DNA of 64,000 nt from contig JAWLCO010000006.1 in the NCBI GenBank assembly GCA_041687075.1, positions 243 through 64,242 of the forward strand, written 5' to 3'. This DNA is from Hyphomicrobiaceae bacterium. Its GTDB lineage: Bacteria; Pseudomonadota; Alphaproteobacteria; Rhizobiales; Hyphomicrobiaceae. Positions 1 to 9,205 of this stretch are shown here, piece by piece (position 1 is the stretch's first letter; the number at the start of each line of letters is the position of its first letter). The notes beneath the pieces were generated by a model that saw only the letters and a list, made by a program, of their open reading frames with translations, had not been told where the DNA came from and ran no database searches. A program made the position numbers and the translations under genes.

Positions 1-352
1 CACGGCGGAGGCGGACGCCGACGCGAACAAGTCCGATGTTCTCCTCCAGCGCGACAATGGCGTCGTGATCCCCGGCGTCCGGTGCGCGCAGCTCGGCGAT
101 GAGGATGGCTGCACCCGCTGTCGGGTGACCAGCGAACGGGAGCTCCGAGCCCGGCGTGAAAATGCGGACCTTTGCCGTGTGCGCCGGGTTGGCGGGCTTC
201 TGCACGAACACCGTCTCGGACAGGTTGAACTCGCGCGCGATGACCTGCATCTGCTCCGTCGTGAGCTGATCGGCATCGAGGACGACAGCGAGCGGATTGC
301 CGCTGAAACGCCGATCGGTGAAGACGTCGAGTGTGTGGAACGAAAGCTGCAT
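1..352 (-). CDS. PhzF-family isomerase (N-terminal part; C-terminus lies outside the window)
   Basis: Absent from the ORF track because it runs off the window edge. Manual minus-strand translation from the ATG (complement of 350-352) gives [82 protein letters not shown], a typical PhzF-family N-terminus. Confidence 0.8.
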   Translation of the reverse strand, partial: MQLSFHTLDVFTDRRFSGNPLAVVLDADQLTTEQMQVIAREFNLSETVFVQKPANPAHTAKVRIFTPGSELPFAGHPTAGAAILIAELRAPDAGDHDAIVALEENIGLVRVGVRLRR

Positions 353-1085
353 CAGGGCCACCCGGCTTGAGATTTGGCGCACAAATTGGCTCAGCTGAGA
401 GCAGCTTCCAAGTGCGAAATCCTTGATCTCACGATGAGGGATGGAAATGCCGGGCGACCTGCCGGCGAATCGCGTCCTGGTGCCAGCGCGGCTCGCGTCG
501 GTTGCCGTTCATGACACGGAGCTGCCGCAGTTCCGCTGAGGCGCGAGCAGGGCTGCCGGCGCACAATCACAATCGTTGCAGTATGTTGCAGGCAAGTTGA
601 TCAGACGAGCCACAATTACGCCCCGGGGTGGCCATGCTCAGCCCAACTTCGAAAGGCGATATTAACCTCACTGATCGGATTGCCGGGTCCGGTCGGTATC
701 GCCACAACACCAAAGGCGTTGATACGTCCGGCGCAGACAACAGGCCGCCGGCGCGTAATGCGTGCCTCCGCGCGTCAGTCGGCCGACACGAGCCCGAAGG
801 CGCAGTTGCGCTCGACGCGCCGGATGGCTCGCAAGCCGGGACTCGGGATTCGGCGGCCAATGCCGTCTCCCGAGTCGGGCGGTGGGGAAACCCCGCTTCT
901 CCGCCGCCCGGCCCCTCTTTAGCTCGCGGCCGCTGAAGCGGCGCGGGCGCTGGACTCGCCGGAAGGCCTGTGCTGCTGCACCGCCACACACCTCCCTCCC
1001 CGACGCGGCGGGATGGGCCTTCCGGCGACCTTAGGCCCTCGCATCCCGAACCGTGAGGTATGCGCTCCGGCCAGCGCCAAATACT

Positions 1086-1346
1086 TTACAGGCAGCCGGT
1101 GATCGTCGATCCGCACTTTACGTAGGAGAACAGGTCCCACGCGCAGCAGGGCTCCTCCTTCTTGCAGACCCACGTCTTCAGCTCACCCGAAGAAAAGCGA
1201 TGACGGCAGATCTTCTCGCCTTTCCCGGCCTTGACCGTCGCAGCCTTCTGCACCGGTGCCTTCGATTGCGCGCCTTGCGCGGTCGCGGCTGAAGGGGCGA
1301 GTGCCAACGAAACGGCGACGGCGAACGCGGCGAGCATGCGGCTCAT
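1086..1346 (-). CDS. Small secreted cysteine-rich hypothetical protein
   Basis: ORF 1086..1391. The likely start is the internal MSRMLAAFAVAVSLALAPSAATAQG, which looks like a signal peptide. The mature part is about 60 aa with 6 Cys. No family recognised. Confidence 0.5.
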   Translation of the reverse strand: MSRMLAAFAVAVSLALAPSAATAQGAQSKAPVQKAATVKAGKGEKICRHRFSSGELKTWVCKKEEPCCAWDLFSYVKCGSTITGCL

Positions 1347-1462
1347 GGCAGCTGTCTCCTCGGAGTTGAACCACGTCAGTAGTATGAGCATCGCACCATT
1401 GCCGGGCTATGACCGGGAAGCCTCACACGCCGCCTTTCTGGCGGCCAATTGCAAGTTCTGCT

Positions 1463-1499
1463 CAGAAATTGAGGGAGCCGGGCGGACAGCCCGGCTCCC
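1463..1499 (-). terminator. Putative intrinsic terminator downstream of the catalase gene
   Basis: An 11-bp GC stem pairs GGGAGCCGGGC (1473-1483) with GCCCGGCTCCC (1489-1499). On the minus strand it is followed by AATTTCT, about 30 nt after the katA stop. The U-tract is weak. Confidence 0.5.
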
Positions 1500-1528
1500 T
1501 CCTCGCTCCAATCTCGTGGAGTGATCGA

Positions 1529-3010
1529 CTATTCAGCCGCCTGGTGAACCGATGCTCGCTGGCTGAGCTCGGCAAGCGCCTTTCTCACGCCCGCCGCATA
1601 GTCGGGGTGCACCTTTTCGAAGTGGCCGAGCTGGCGCTCGACGATGAACTCGGGCACGCCCTGCATCGCCTCGGCGACATTCATGAAGAGCCGCTGCTTC
1701 TGGCCGTCGTCGAACAGCTCGAACAACGCCCGCGGCTGGCGATAGTCGTCGTTGCCGTCGCGGTGATTATAGCGGTCCGCGTCGCCCGAGATCTTCAGCG
1801 GCGGCTCGCTGAACCGCTCGTCCTGCGCCGCTCCGCCGAACGAGTTGGGCTCGTAATAGGCATCGACGTTGCCCGTCATCGGCTCGAAGAACCGCATCGG
1901 TCCGTCCTTGTGATAGTGATGGACCGGGCAGCGCGGGCGGTTCACGGGCAGCATCTCGTAGTGGGTGCCGAGCCGGTAGCGGTGAGCATCCGCATACGAG
2001 AACACACGCGCCTGCAACATCTTGTCCGGCGAGAAGCCGATTCCGGGGACGATGTTCGACGGCGAGAATGCCACCTGCTCGATCTCGGCGAAGTAGTTCT
2101 CCGGATTGCGGTTGAGCTCCAGGATGCCGACGTCGATCGGCGGGTAATCGGCATGCGGCCAGACCTTCGTGAGGTCGAACGGGTTGTACCAGTGCTTGCC
2201 GGCATCCTCCTCCGGCATGATCTGCACCTGCATCTTCCATTTCGGAAAGTCGCCGCGCTCGATGGCTGAGAACAGGTCCTCCTGCGTGGACTCGCGGGTG
2301 CGGCCGACCACTTGCGCGGCCTCGCCATTGGTCCAGTGCTTGTGGCCCTGCAGGGTCTTGAAGTGGAACTTGACCCAGTAGCGCTTGTTGTCCGGGCTAA
2401 TGAACGAGAACGTGTGCGAGCCGTACCCGTTCATGTGCCGCACCGTCTGCGGCAGGCCGCGGTCCGACATCAGGATCGTCACCTGATGCAGGCTCTCAGG
2501 GGACAGCGACCAGAAATCCCACATCGCCGTTGGTGAGCGCAGGTTGGTCTTCGGGTGGCGCTTCTGGGTGCGGATGAAGTCCGGGAACTTGTAGGGATCA
2601 CGGACGAAAAACACCGGCGTGTTGTTGCCGACGAGATCCCAGTTGCCTTCCTCGGTATAGAACTTCAGCGCGAAACCGCGCACGTCGCGTTCCGCGTCCG
2701 CCGCACCAAGCTCGCCCGCAACCGTCGAAAAGCGGGCGATCATCTCGGTCTTGGCGCCGGGCTGCAGGCACTTGGCCTTCGTGTACTTCGAGATGTCGCC
2801 GGTGATGGTCAGCGTTCCATAGGCGCCCCAGCCCTTCGCGTGCACCGGGCGCTCAGGAATACGCTCGCGGTTCTGATGGGCGAGCTTCTCGATGAGCTGA
2901 TAGTCCTGCAGCAGCAGCGGGCCGCGCGGCCCCGCCGTCATCGAGTTCTGGTTGTCGGCGACCGGTGCGCCGGCAGATGTCGTCAGAACGGGGCGTTTCT
3001 GATCGCTCAT
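1529..3010 (-). CDS. katA: Monofunctional heme catalase
   Basis: 493 aa with typical catalase blocks: [59 protein letters not shown]. It lies divergent to an oxyR-like gene. Confidence 0.95.
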   Translation of the reverse strand: MSDQKRPVLTTSAGAPVADNQNSMTAGPRGPLLLQDYQLIEKLAHQNRERIPERPVHAKGWGAYGTLTITGDISKYTKAKCLQPGAKTEMIARFSTVAGELGAADAERDVRGFALKFYTEEGNWDLVGNNTPVFFVRDPYKFPDFIRTQKRHPKTNLRSPTAMWDFWSLSPESLHQVTILMSDRGLPQTVRHMNGYGSHTFSFISPDNKRYWVKFHFKTLQGHKHWTNGEAAQVVGRTRESTQEDLFSAIERGDFPKWKMQVQIMPEEDAGKHWYNPFDLTKVWPHADYPPIDVGILELNRNPENYFAEIEQVAFSPSNIVPGIGFSPDKMLQARVFSYADAHRYRLGTHYEMLPVNRPRCPVHHYHKDGPMRFFEPMTGNVDAYYEPNSFGGAAQDERFSEPPLKISGDADRYNHRDGNDDYRQPRALFELFDDGQKQRLFMNVAEAMQGVPEFIVERQLGHFEKVHPDYAAGVRKALAELSQRASVHQAAE

Positions 3011-3090
3011 GCCATTCCTCCTCCGTCAGTTGACGGCTGGAAACTGGCCCGGAGGTGCGATAAACGCAAATATCGCTTTCCGATTGTTCA

Positions 3091-3105
3091 ATAGGAAGTT
3101 CCTAT
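3091..3105. promoter_or_regulatory. LysR/OxyR-type operator half-site ATAG-N7-CTAT
   Basis: ATAGgaagttcCTAT sits in the 96-bp katA-oxyR divergent region and ends 1 nt before the oxyR ATG. Degenerate ATAA-N7-TATC lies upstream at 3059-3073. Confidence 0.4.
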
Positions 3106-3106
3106 C

Positions 3107-4108
3107 ATGCAGCCTATGCGCCTGACGCGGCTGACTTTGCGGCAGATGGCCTATTTCGAGGCAGTGGCCCGCCACCGGCATTTCGGCCGCGCGGCCGGGG
3201 CCTGCGCTGTCTCGCAGCCGGCACTCTCGGTACAGATCCAGGAGCTGGAACGGGAGCTCGGCGTGTCGCTCGTGGAGCGGAATCGCGGCGGTGTCGCACT
3301 GACGCCCCAGGGCGAGGACGTTCTGCAGCGGGTCCGCCGTATCCTCGGCGAGGTGCAGGACCTCATGGACTGCGCGACGCAGATCGAGGCCTTCGGCACG
3401 ATCCGGCTCGGCGTCATCCCGACGATCGCACCATATCTTATGCCGGCTATCCTGGAGGCATTCGGGCTGGAGAACGCCACCGCGCAGCTCCAGGTGCGTG
3501 AGACGCAGACGCAGCGGCTCATCGAAGAGCTGGAGCAGGGGAGCATCGATCTCATGCTGGCGGCCCTGCCGATCTCGAGCCCGGGGATAGAGGTCCAGCC
3601 GCTGTTCCGCGACCGCTTCTTTCTGGTGGTCCCGGCGGGCGCGAAAATCGGTCCCCGGATCGACAGCATCGGTTCAATCGGGCCTCACCGGCTGTTGCTG
3701 CTCGAGGAGGGGCATTGCCTGAGAGAGCAGGCGCTCAGCGTCTGCAGCATGGCTGACAAGGACATGCTGGCAAGCCTCGGCGCCACCAGCCTCGCGACCT
3801 TGATCGAGCTGGTCGCAGCCGGCATGGGCGTGACGCTTCTGCCGGAGCTGTGCCTGCCGTCGCTCCACGGCGATACGCGCGTCCGCGTCGTGCCCTTCCG
3901 CGGCTCAGCGCCTTTCCGAACGATCGGGCTCGCATGGCGCAAGACATCCGGACGGAAGGTGGTGTTCAGAAGGCTGGGCGAGCTGATCGTGAAAGCGAGA
4001 AAGCCGGGGCAGCGGCCGGCTCTGTCTCAGCCGCTCCCAAAACCGTCATCCTCCGATGCGCAAGAAACGCGAGCGCGATCCGGGCGAACTTCGAAATCGG
4101 GACACTAG
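3107..4108 (+). CDS. oxyR: LysR-family hydrogen peroxide-sensing regulator OxyR
   Basis: N-terminal LysR HTH (LRQMAYFEAVARHRHFGRAAGACAVSQPALSVQIQELE). The redox Cys pair context EEGHCLREQALSVC resembles E. coli OxyR C199/C208. Divergent from the catalase gene. Confidence 0.85.
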   Translation: MQPMRLTRLTLRQMAYFEAVARHRHFGRAAGACAVSQPALSVQIQELERELGVSLVERNRGGVALTPQGEDVLQRVRRILGEVQDLMDCATQIEAFGTIRLGVIPTIAPYLMPAILEAFGLENATAQLQVRETQTQRLIEELEQGSIDLMLAALPISSPGIEVQPLFRDRFFLVVPAGAKIGPRIDSIGSIGPHRLLLLEEGHCLREQALSVCSMADKDMLASLGATSLATLIELVAAGMGVTLLPELCLPSLHGDTRVRVVPFRGSAPFRTIGLAWRKTSGRKVVFRRLGELIVKARKPGQRPALSQPLPKPSSSDAQETRARSGRTSKSGH

Positions 4109-4162
4109 CTATGGCGTGCAATGCGAGTCTGACGCTGGATCCCTGCTCGCGCTCCTGCGCTC

Positions 4163-6178
4163 TCAGATATCCAGGTCCTTCGCGAACGCCGCGTGCTCCT
4201 GGATGAAGCGGAAGCGGGCTTCGGGCTTGGAGCCCATCAGATTGTTGACGGCTTCCGCTACCATGCTGCGGTCGCCCTCTCCGATCTCGACCCTGAGGAG
4301 CGTGCGCCGCTTGGGGTCCATGGTCGTCTCCTTGAGCTGTGCGGCATTCATCTCGCCGAGACCCTTGAAGCGGCTGATCTCGATCTTGCCGCGGCCGTTG
4401 AAGACGGTGCGCAGCAGCTCGTCCTTGTGCTGGTCGTCGCGCGCATAGGCCGACTGGGTGCCCTGGGTGATCTTGTACAGCGGCGGCACGGCCAGGAAGA
4501 GATGGCCGTTCTCGATGAGCTGCGGCATCTCCTGATAGAAGAACGTGATGAGCAGCGAGGCGATGTGCGCACCGTCGACGTCCGCGTCGGTCATCACGAT
4601 CACGCGCTCATAGCGCAGCTCCTCATCGCGGTACTTCGACTTGGTGCCGACGCCGAGGGCCAGCATGAGATCAGAGAGAAGCTGGTTCTGCGCGAGCTTG
4701 GCTGACGACGCGTTGGCAACGTTGAGGATCTTTCCGCGCAAGGGCAGCACGGCCTGCGTTTCCCGCTCCCGCGCACTCTTGGCCGAGCCACCGGCCGAGT
4801 CGCCCTCGACGATGAAGATCTCAGTGCCCTTGGCCGACTGGATGGTGCAGTCGGCGAGCTTGCCCGGCAGACGCAGCTTGCGAGTGGCGCTCTGACGGCT
4901 GACCTCCCTCTCGCGCCGGCGCTTCAGCCGCAGCTCAGCCTGCTCGATCACCCACTCGAGCAGGCGGCCCGCCTGTGCGGGTGACTCGGCGAGCCAATGG
5001 TCGAACGCATCGCGCACGGTCGCCTCGACGATGCGCGCGGCCTCCTGCGTGGCGAGCTTGTCCTTGGTCTGGCCCTGGAATTCCGGCTCACGAATAAAGA
5101 CCGACAGCATCGAGGCCGCCGTGCCCATGATGTCGTCCGCGGTGATCTGCGCGGCGCGGCGGTTGCCGACGAGCTCACCATAGGCGCGGAGGCCCTTGGT
5201 CAGCGCCTGACGCAGGCCGTGCTCGTGCGTGCCGCCTTCGGGCGTCGGCACCGTATTGCAGTAGGAGCTGGAGAAGCCGTCCTCGTCCGCCATCCAGGCG
5301 ACCGCCCATTCGACGGACCCATGCCGGCCTTCCTTCTCGACGCAGCCGGTGAACATCTCCTTGGTGACGAGTGTCCGCCCGTTGATGGTGGCGAGCAGGA
5401 AGTCCTTCAGGCCGCCGGGGAAGTGAAACACCGCCTCGGCCAGCGTATCATCATTGATGAGGGACGGGTCGCATGACCAGCGGATCTCGACGCCGCCGAA
5501 CAGGTAGGCCTTGGAGCGGGCCATGCGGAACAGGCGGGCTGGCTTGAAAGCCACGCCCTTTCCGAAGATCTTCTCGTCCGGCTTGAAGCGCACCTTGGTG
5601 CCGCGCCGGTTCATGATGGAGCCGAGCTTCTGCAGCTTGCCTTGCGGCTCGCCGCGGCTGAAGACCATCCGGTAGAGCTGCTGGCCGCGCGCGACCTCGA
5701 CCTCCATCATCTCCGACAGCGCGTTCACGACGGACACACCGACGCCGTGCAGGCCCCCTGAGGTGTTGTAGGCCTTGCCTTCGAACTTTCCGCCCGAGTG
5801 CAGCGTGGTCATGATGACCTCGAGAGCGGACTTGTTCTTGAACTTCGGGTGCGGGTCGACGGGGATGCCGCGGCCGTTGTCGATCACAGTCAGGAAACCG
5901 TCCGCATCCAGGTGCACGTCGATCCAGTTCGCGTGACCGGCAACCGCCTCGTCCATGGCGTTGTCGATGACCTCGGCGAACAGGTGATGCAGCGCCCTCT
6001 CGTCGGTGCCGCCGATGTACATGCCGGGGCGCCTGCGGACTGGCTCGAGGCCCTCGAGGACCTCGATATCGGCAGCCGTATAGGTCTCAGAGGCGTCCAT
6101 GACCCTGCGGGCGCGCGCCGTCTTGTTATTCATTTCTTTTTCGAGCCTTGCGAACAGATCGCGTTGAGACTGGGCCAT
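4163..6178 (-). CDS. parE: DNA topoisomerase IV subunit B
   Basis: GHKL ATPase and TOPRIM blocks are present: LEGLEPVRRRPGMYIGGTDERALHHLFAEVIDNAMDE, LHGVGVSVVNALS, EIFIVEGDSAGGSAK. About 670 aa and lacks the GyrB-type insertion. Start taken at MAQSQRDLF; the upstream ATG at 6223 is possible. Confidence 0.9.
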   Translation of the reverse strand: MAQSQRDLFARLEKEMNNKTARARRVMDASETYTAADIEVLEGLEPVRRRPGMYIGGTDERALHHLFAEVIDNAMDEAVAGHANWIDVHLDADGFLTVIDNGRGIPVDPHPKFKNKSALEVIMTTLHSGGKFEGKAYNTSGGLHGVGVSVVNALSEMMEVEVARGQQLYRMVFSRGEPQGKLQKLGSIMNRRGTKVRFKPDEKIFGKGVAFKPARLFRMARSKAYLFGGVEIRWSCDPSLINDDTLAEAVFHFPGGLKDFLLATINGRTLVTKEMFTGCVEKEGRHGSVEWAVAWMADEDGFSSSYCNTVPTPEGGTHEHGLRQALTKGLRAYGELVGNRRAAQITADDIMGTAASMLSVFIREPEFQGQTKDKLATQEAARIVEATVRDAFDHWLAESPAQAGRLLEWVIEQAELRLKRRREREVSRQSATRKLRLPGKLADCTIQSAKGTEIFIVEGDSAGGSAKSARERETQAVLPLRGKILNVANASSAKLAQNQLLSDLMLALGVGTKSKYRDEELRYERVIVMTDADVDGAHIASLLITFFYQEMPQLIENGHLFLAVPPLYKITQGTQSAYARDDQHKDELLRTVFNGRGKIEISRFKGLGEMNAAQLKETTMDPKRRTLLRVEIGEGDRSMVAEAVNNLMGSKPEARFRFIQEHAAFAKDLDI

Positions 6179-6542
6179 GCGCGTTGGACCTCGCTCTCGA
6201 GCGGACAATGCAACGCCCGGCACGAGTGCGCCCGGCGCCCGTGCCGGCGAATCTCACGCTGGATACCGGGATGTCACCTCGCACAGCCCGCCGCGGTTTG
6301 GCAAGTTGTGGCCACAGGACGCATTCACCGCGCCCGGCCAGAGCGGCTTTTGCGCATCGCACCGGCGGGTGCCGCCATCGAGATTGCGGCACCCGGCGGC
6401 AAGTTGACGCCTGGCAACCCCTACCCTGAGGTGGAGCCCACGGACTGCCTCCAAAGCCGGTCTCGCTGTCAATTGGAGCCGAATTGGGCTCCAGAATAGT
6501 TATTTGAGAAATAACAAGACAGCATATGGCTCGAGAGGCGGC

Positions 6543-8105
6543 ATGGCGCAAGATTCTGATAGCCAGACCATGGCCGTAAGCGAGTATAAGGCCGGGCAGG
6601 ACAACGTCCATCCGCTTGGGTTGGACCTGCACAACCCGGTTTTCTTTATATCGGCGCTCGTCATCGTCGCATTTGTTCTTTTCGCCCTCACGTTTCAGGA
6701 GGGCGCCAAAGAGTTTTTCGGCTGGCTCCGGCCGTGGCTGACGAGCCAGTTCGACTGGGTCCTCATGATTGCCGGCAATATCTTTGTGCTTTTCTGTCTC
6801 TTTCTGATCATTTCGCCATGGGGCGGCATCCGGATCGGCGGGGCGGAGGCGACACCGGACTACTCCGTCCCTGCGTGGTTCTCGATGCTCTTCGCCGCTG
6901 GCATGGGCATCGGGCTCATGTTCTTCGGCGTGCTCGAGCCGGTGAATCACCTGCTGTCGCCGCCGCTCGGTGTCGATCCCGCCAACGTCGAGGCGGCACG
7001 TCAGGTCGCGATGGCCGGCACCATTTTCCACTGGGGCCTGCACCCGTGGGCGATATACGGCGTTGTGGGCCTGTCGCTCGCCTTTGCGCACTTCAACCTG
7101 GGCCTGCCGCTCACCATCCGGTCGGCCTTCTATCCGCTATTCGGCGACGTGGTGTGGGGCTGGCCCGGGCACGTCATCGATACGCTTGCCGTTTTCGCCA
7201 CGATGTTCGGCCTGGCAACGTCGTTGGGTCTGGGGGGTGAGCAGCTTGCGGCGGGGCTGACCTACCTGTTCGGCATCGCGGCGACGAACTCACTCAAGGT
7301 CATCCTCATCCTGGGCATCACGGCGATAGCCATCGGCTCGGTGGTCCTGGGCATGGATGCGGGTGTGAGGCGGCTGAGCCAGCTCAACATGGTCCTGGCC
7401 ATGCTGCTGCTCGCGTTCGTCATCCTCGCCGGAGCGACGCTGGAAATCGTGGGGAGGGTGGCCACCAACACGGTGGCCTATGTCACGAACCTGCCTGCGC
7501 TCAGCAACTGGATCGGGCGGGAGGATACCGGGTTCGTTCATGACTGGACGACCTTCTACTGGGCATGGTGGATTGCCTGGTCGCCGTTCGTGGGGAGCTT
7601 CATCGCGCGTATCTCCCGCGGCCGCACGATCCGGCAGTTCATCCTTGCCGCGTTGATCGTGCCGACCATGGTCTCGATCATCTGGATGACGTCATTCGGG
7701 GGGCAGGCGATCAGCCAGTATCTCGACACGGGCTATACCGGTGTCGTGCAGACGGTGACCGACTGGGCCCCGGAGCTCGCGCTGTATAAAATGCTCGAGC
7801 CCCTGCCACTCGCCGGCATCTCCTCCTTCGTGGGCATGGTGCTCGTTCTCTTCTTCTTCGTGACGTCGTCCGACTCGGGCTCGATCGTCATCGACACCAT
7901 CACCGCTGGCGGAAAGGTCGATGCGCCCGTCGTACAGCGTGTGTTCTGGGCAACCTCGGAGGGGCTGGTCGCGATCGCGCTGCTGCTGGGTGGCGGCCTT
8001 ACCGCACTGCAGGCTGCGACCTTATCGACTGGCTTGCCGTTCGCGCTGGTGCTGCTCGCCATGTGCGTCAGCCTCGTCATCGGGCTGCGTTCGGTGAAGC
8101 GTTGA
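6543..8105 (+). CDS. BCCT-family (betaine/carnitine/choline) transporter
   Basis: Polytopic membrane protein carrying the BCCT signature region WTTFYWAWWIAWSPFVGSFIARISRGRTIRQF. Start chosen at the ATG preceded by GAGAGG. Confidence 0.9.
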   Translation: MAQDSDSQTMAVSEYKAGQDNVHPLGLDLHNPVFFISALVIVAFVLFALTFQEGAKEFFGWLRPWLTSQFDWVLMIAGNIFVLFCLFLIISPWGGIRIGGAEATPDYSVPAWFSMLFAAGMGIGLMFFGVLEPVNHLLSPPLGVDPANVEAARQVAMAGTIFHWGLHPWAIYGVVGLSLAFAHFNLGLPLTIRSAFYPLFGDVVWGWPGHVIDTLAVFATMFGLATSLGLGGEQLAAGLTYLFGIAATNSLKVILILGITAIAIGSVVLGMDAGVRRLSQLNMVLAMLLLAFVILAGATLEIVGRVATNTVAYVTNLPALSNWIGREDTGFVHDWTTFYWAWWIAWSPFVGSFIARISRGRTIRQFILAALIVPTMVSIIWMTSFGGQAISQYLDTGYTGVVQTVTDWAPELALYKMLEPLPLAGISSFVGMVLVLFFFVTSSDSGSIVIDTITAGGKVDAPVVQRVFWATSEGLVAIALLLGGGLTALQAATLSTGLPFALVLLAMCVSLVIGLRSVKR

Positions 8106-8156
8106 TGGGCCATCACATTCCCTCTGCCTGCGTGCAGAAGAGGGCATGCCGGCCGT

Positions 8157-9014
8157 TCAGCCCCCGACGGCAACGTTGTCGATGAGGCGCGTCTGCCCGA
8201 GCCAGGCAGCAGCCAGTACGCGTAGCGGCCGGCCTGAGCCCCGATCGGCAGGCGCCAGCGTTTCCGCATCGCGGACGGCCAGATAGTCGACCTTGAAGCC
8301 GGCCGCGGTCAGCTCCTCCCGGCCGCGGCTCGTCGCCTCCTCGATAGAGGTGCCGCGGGCGACGGCTGCGGCGGTCTCCTCGAGCACGCGATAAATCGCC
8401 GGCGCGATCGCCCTCTGCTCGGGGTCCATGTACGCGTTGCGGGAGCTCATCGCGACCCCGTCCGCCTCGCGAACCGTCGGATGGCCGACGATCTCCAGCG
8501 GCAGATCGAGGTCGCCCACCACCTGCCGGATGACGCAGAGCTGCTGGTAGTCCTTTTCCCCGAACACGGCGAGGTCGGGCGCGACCTGGTTGAAGAGCTT
8601 CGTGCAGACGGTGGCGACGCCAATGAAGAAGCTCGGGCGATGGTCGCTCTCCAGCCCTTCGGCCGGTCCCTTCGGCACGATGCTGGTGGCGAATCCCGGC
8701 GGATACATCACCGTCACGTCAGGCATCCAGACGAGATCGCAACCAACGGCCGCAAGCTTCGCGAGGTCGCCGGCCTCGTCGCGCGGATAGCGGGCGAAGT
8801 CTTCGTGCGGCGCGAACTGCGTCGGGTTCACGAAAATCGACACGACGACGCGCGGGCATCTCGCCTTGGCGGCGCGCACCAGGGCCAGATGCCCTTCGTG
8901 CAAGGCGCCCATCGTCGGCACGAGGCCGATGTGCTCGCCGCCGTTGCGCCAGCCGCTCACGGCCTCGCGCAGGCGGGCGAGGGAGCGGACGACCATGACC
9001 TGTCCTGGCGACAC
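8157..9014 (-). CDS. panC: Pantoate--beta-alanine ligase
   Basis: 285 aa with GLVPTMGALHEGHLALV and FVNPTQF motifs. Confidence 0.95.
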   Translation of the reverse strand: MSPGQVMVVRSLARLREAVSGWRNGGEHIGLVPTMGALHEGHLALVRAAKARCPRVVVSIFVNPTQFAPHEDFARYPRDEAGDLAKLAAVGCDLVWMPDVTVMYPPGFATSIVPKGPAEGLESDHRPSFFIGVATVCTKLFNQVAPDLAVFGEKDYQQLCVIRQVVGDLDLPLEIVGHPTVREADGVAMSSRNAYMDPEQRAIAPAIYRVLEETAAAVARGTSIEEATSRGREELTAAGFKVDYLAVRDAETLAPADRGSGRPLRVLAAAWLGQTRLIDNVAVGG

Positions 9015-9205
9015 GGGCCTACCCCATTTCGTGCAGCCTTATGTTGCGGCGCGCAACGTCGTGCGGGATGGCGCTTTCGTCAAGGCCCTCTTCGGGATCA
9101 CAGGTATTCGCCGGGCAGGAGGGTGGCGGCTTTCTACCGCGGGGCAATAGGTCGAAACGCGGGGCATGCAATCTGCTACGATAGACGCGAAATTCACTCA
9201 GTCCG

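Noticed and set aside
65-370. 101-aa plus-strand ORF at the window start
   Set aside because: It is antisense to the clearly recognisable PhzF-family gene on the minus strand.
380-470. TPP (THI-box) riboswitch-like CUGAGA ... AUCCUUGAUCUCACGAUGAGGGA
   Set aside because: Only the CUGAGA hexamer and a vague AGGGA match. The P1-P3 pairings and the ACCUGAUC core are absent, and there is no downstream plus-strand thiamine gene.
353-1085. tmRNA, RNase P RNA, SRP RNA or cobalamin riboswitch in the long gene-free region
   Set aside because: None of the diagnostic cores is present on either strand. There is no GGAAAGUCCGG (RNase P). There is no ANDN...AA tag frame with a T-arm GGUUCGA (tmRNA). GCCGGAAGGCCUG does not match the SRP GGAAGGAAGCAGC motif. 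GACUCGGGAGACGGC only loosely resembles a B12 box, and the GGGAA/ACUGU core is absent.
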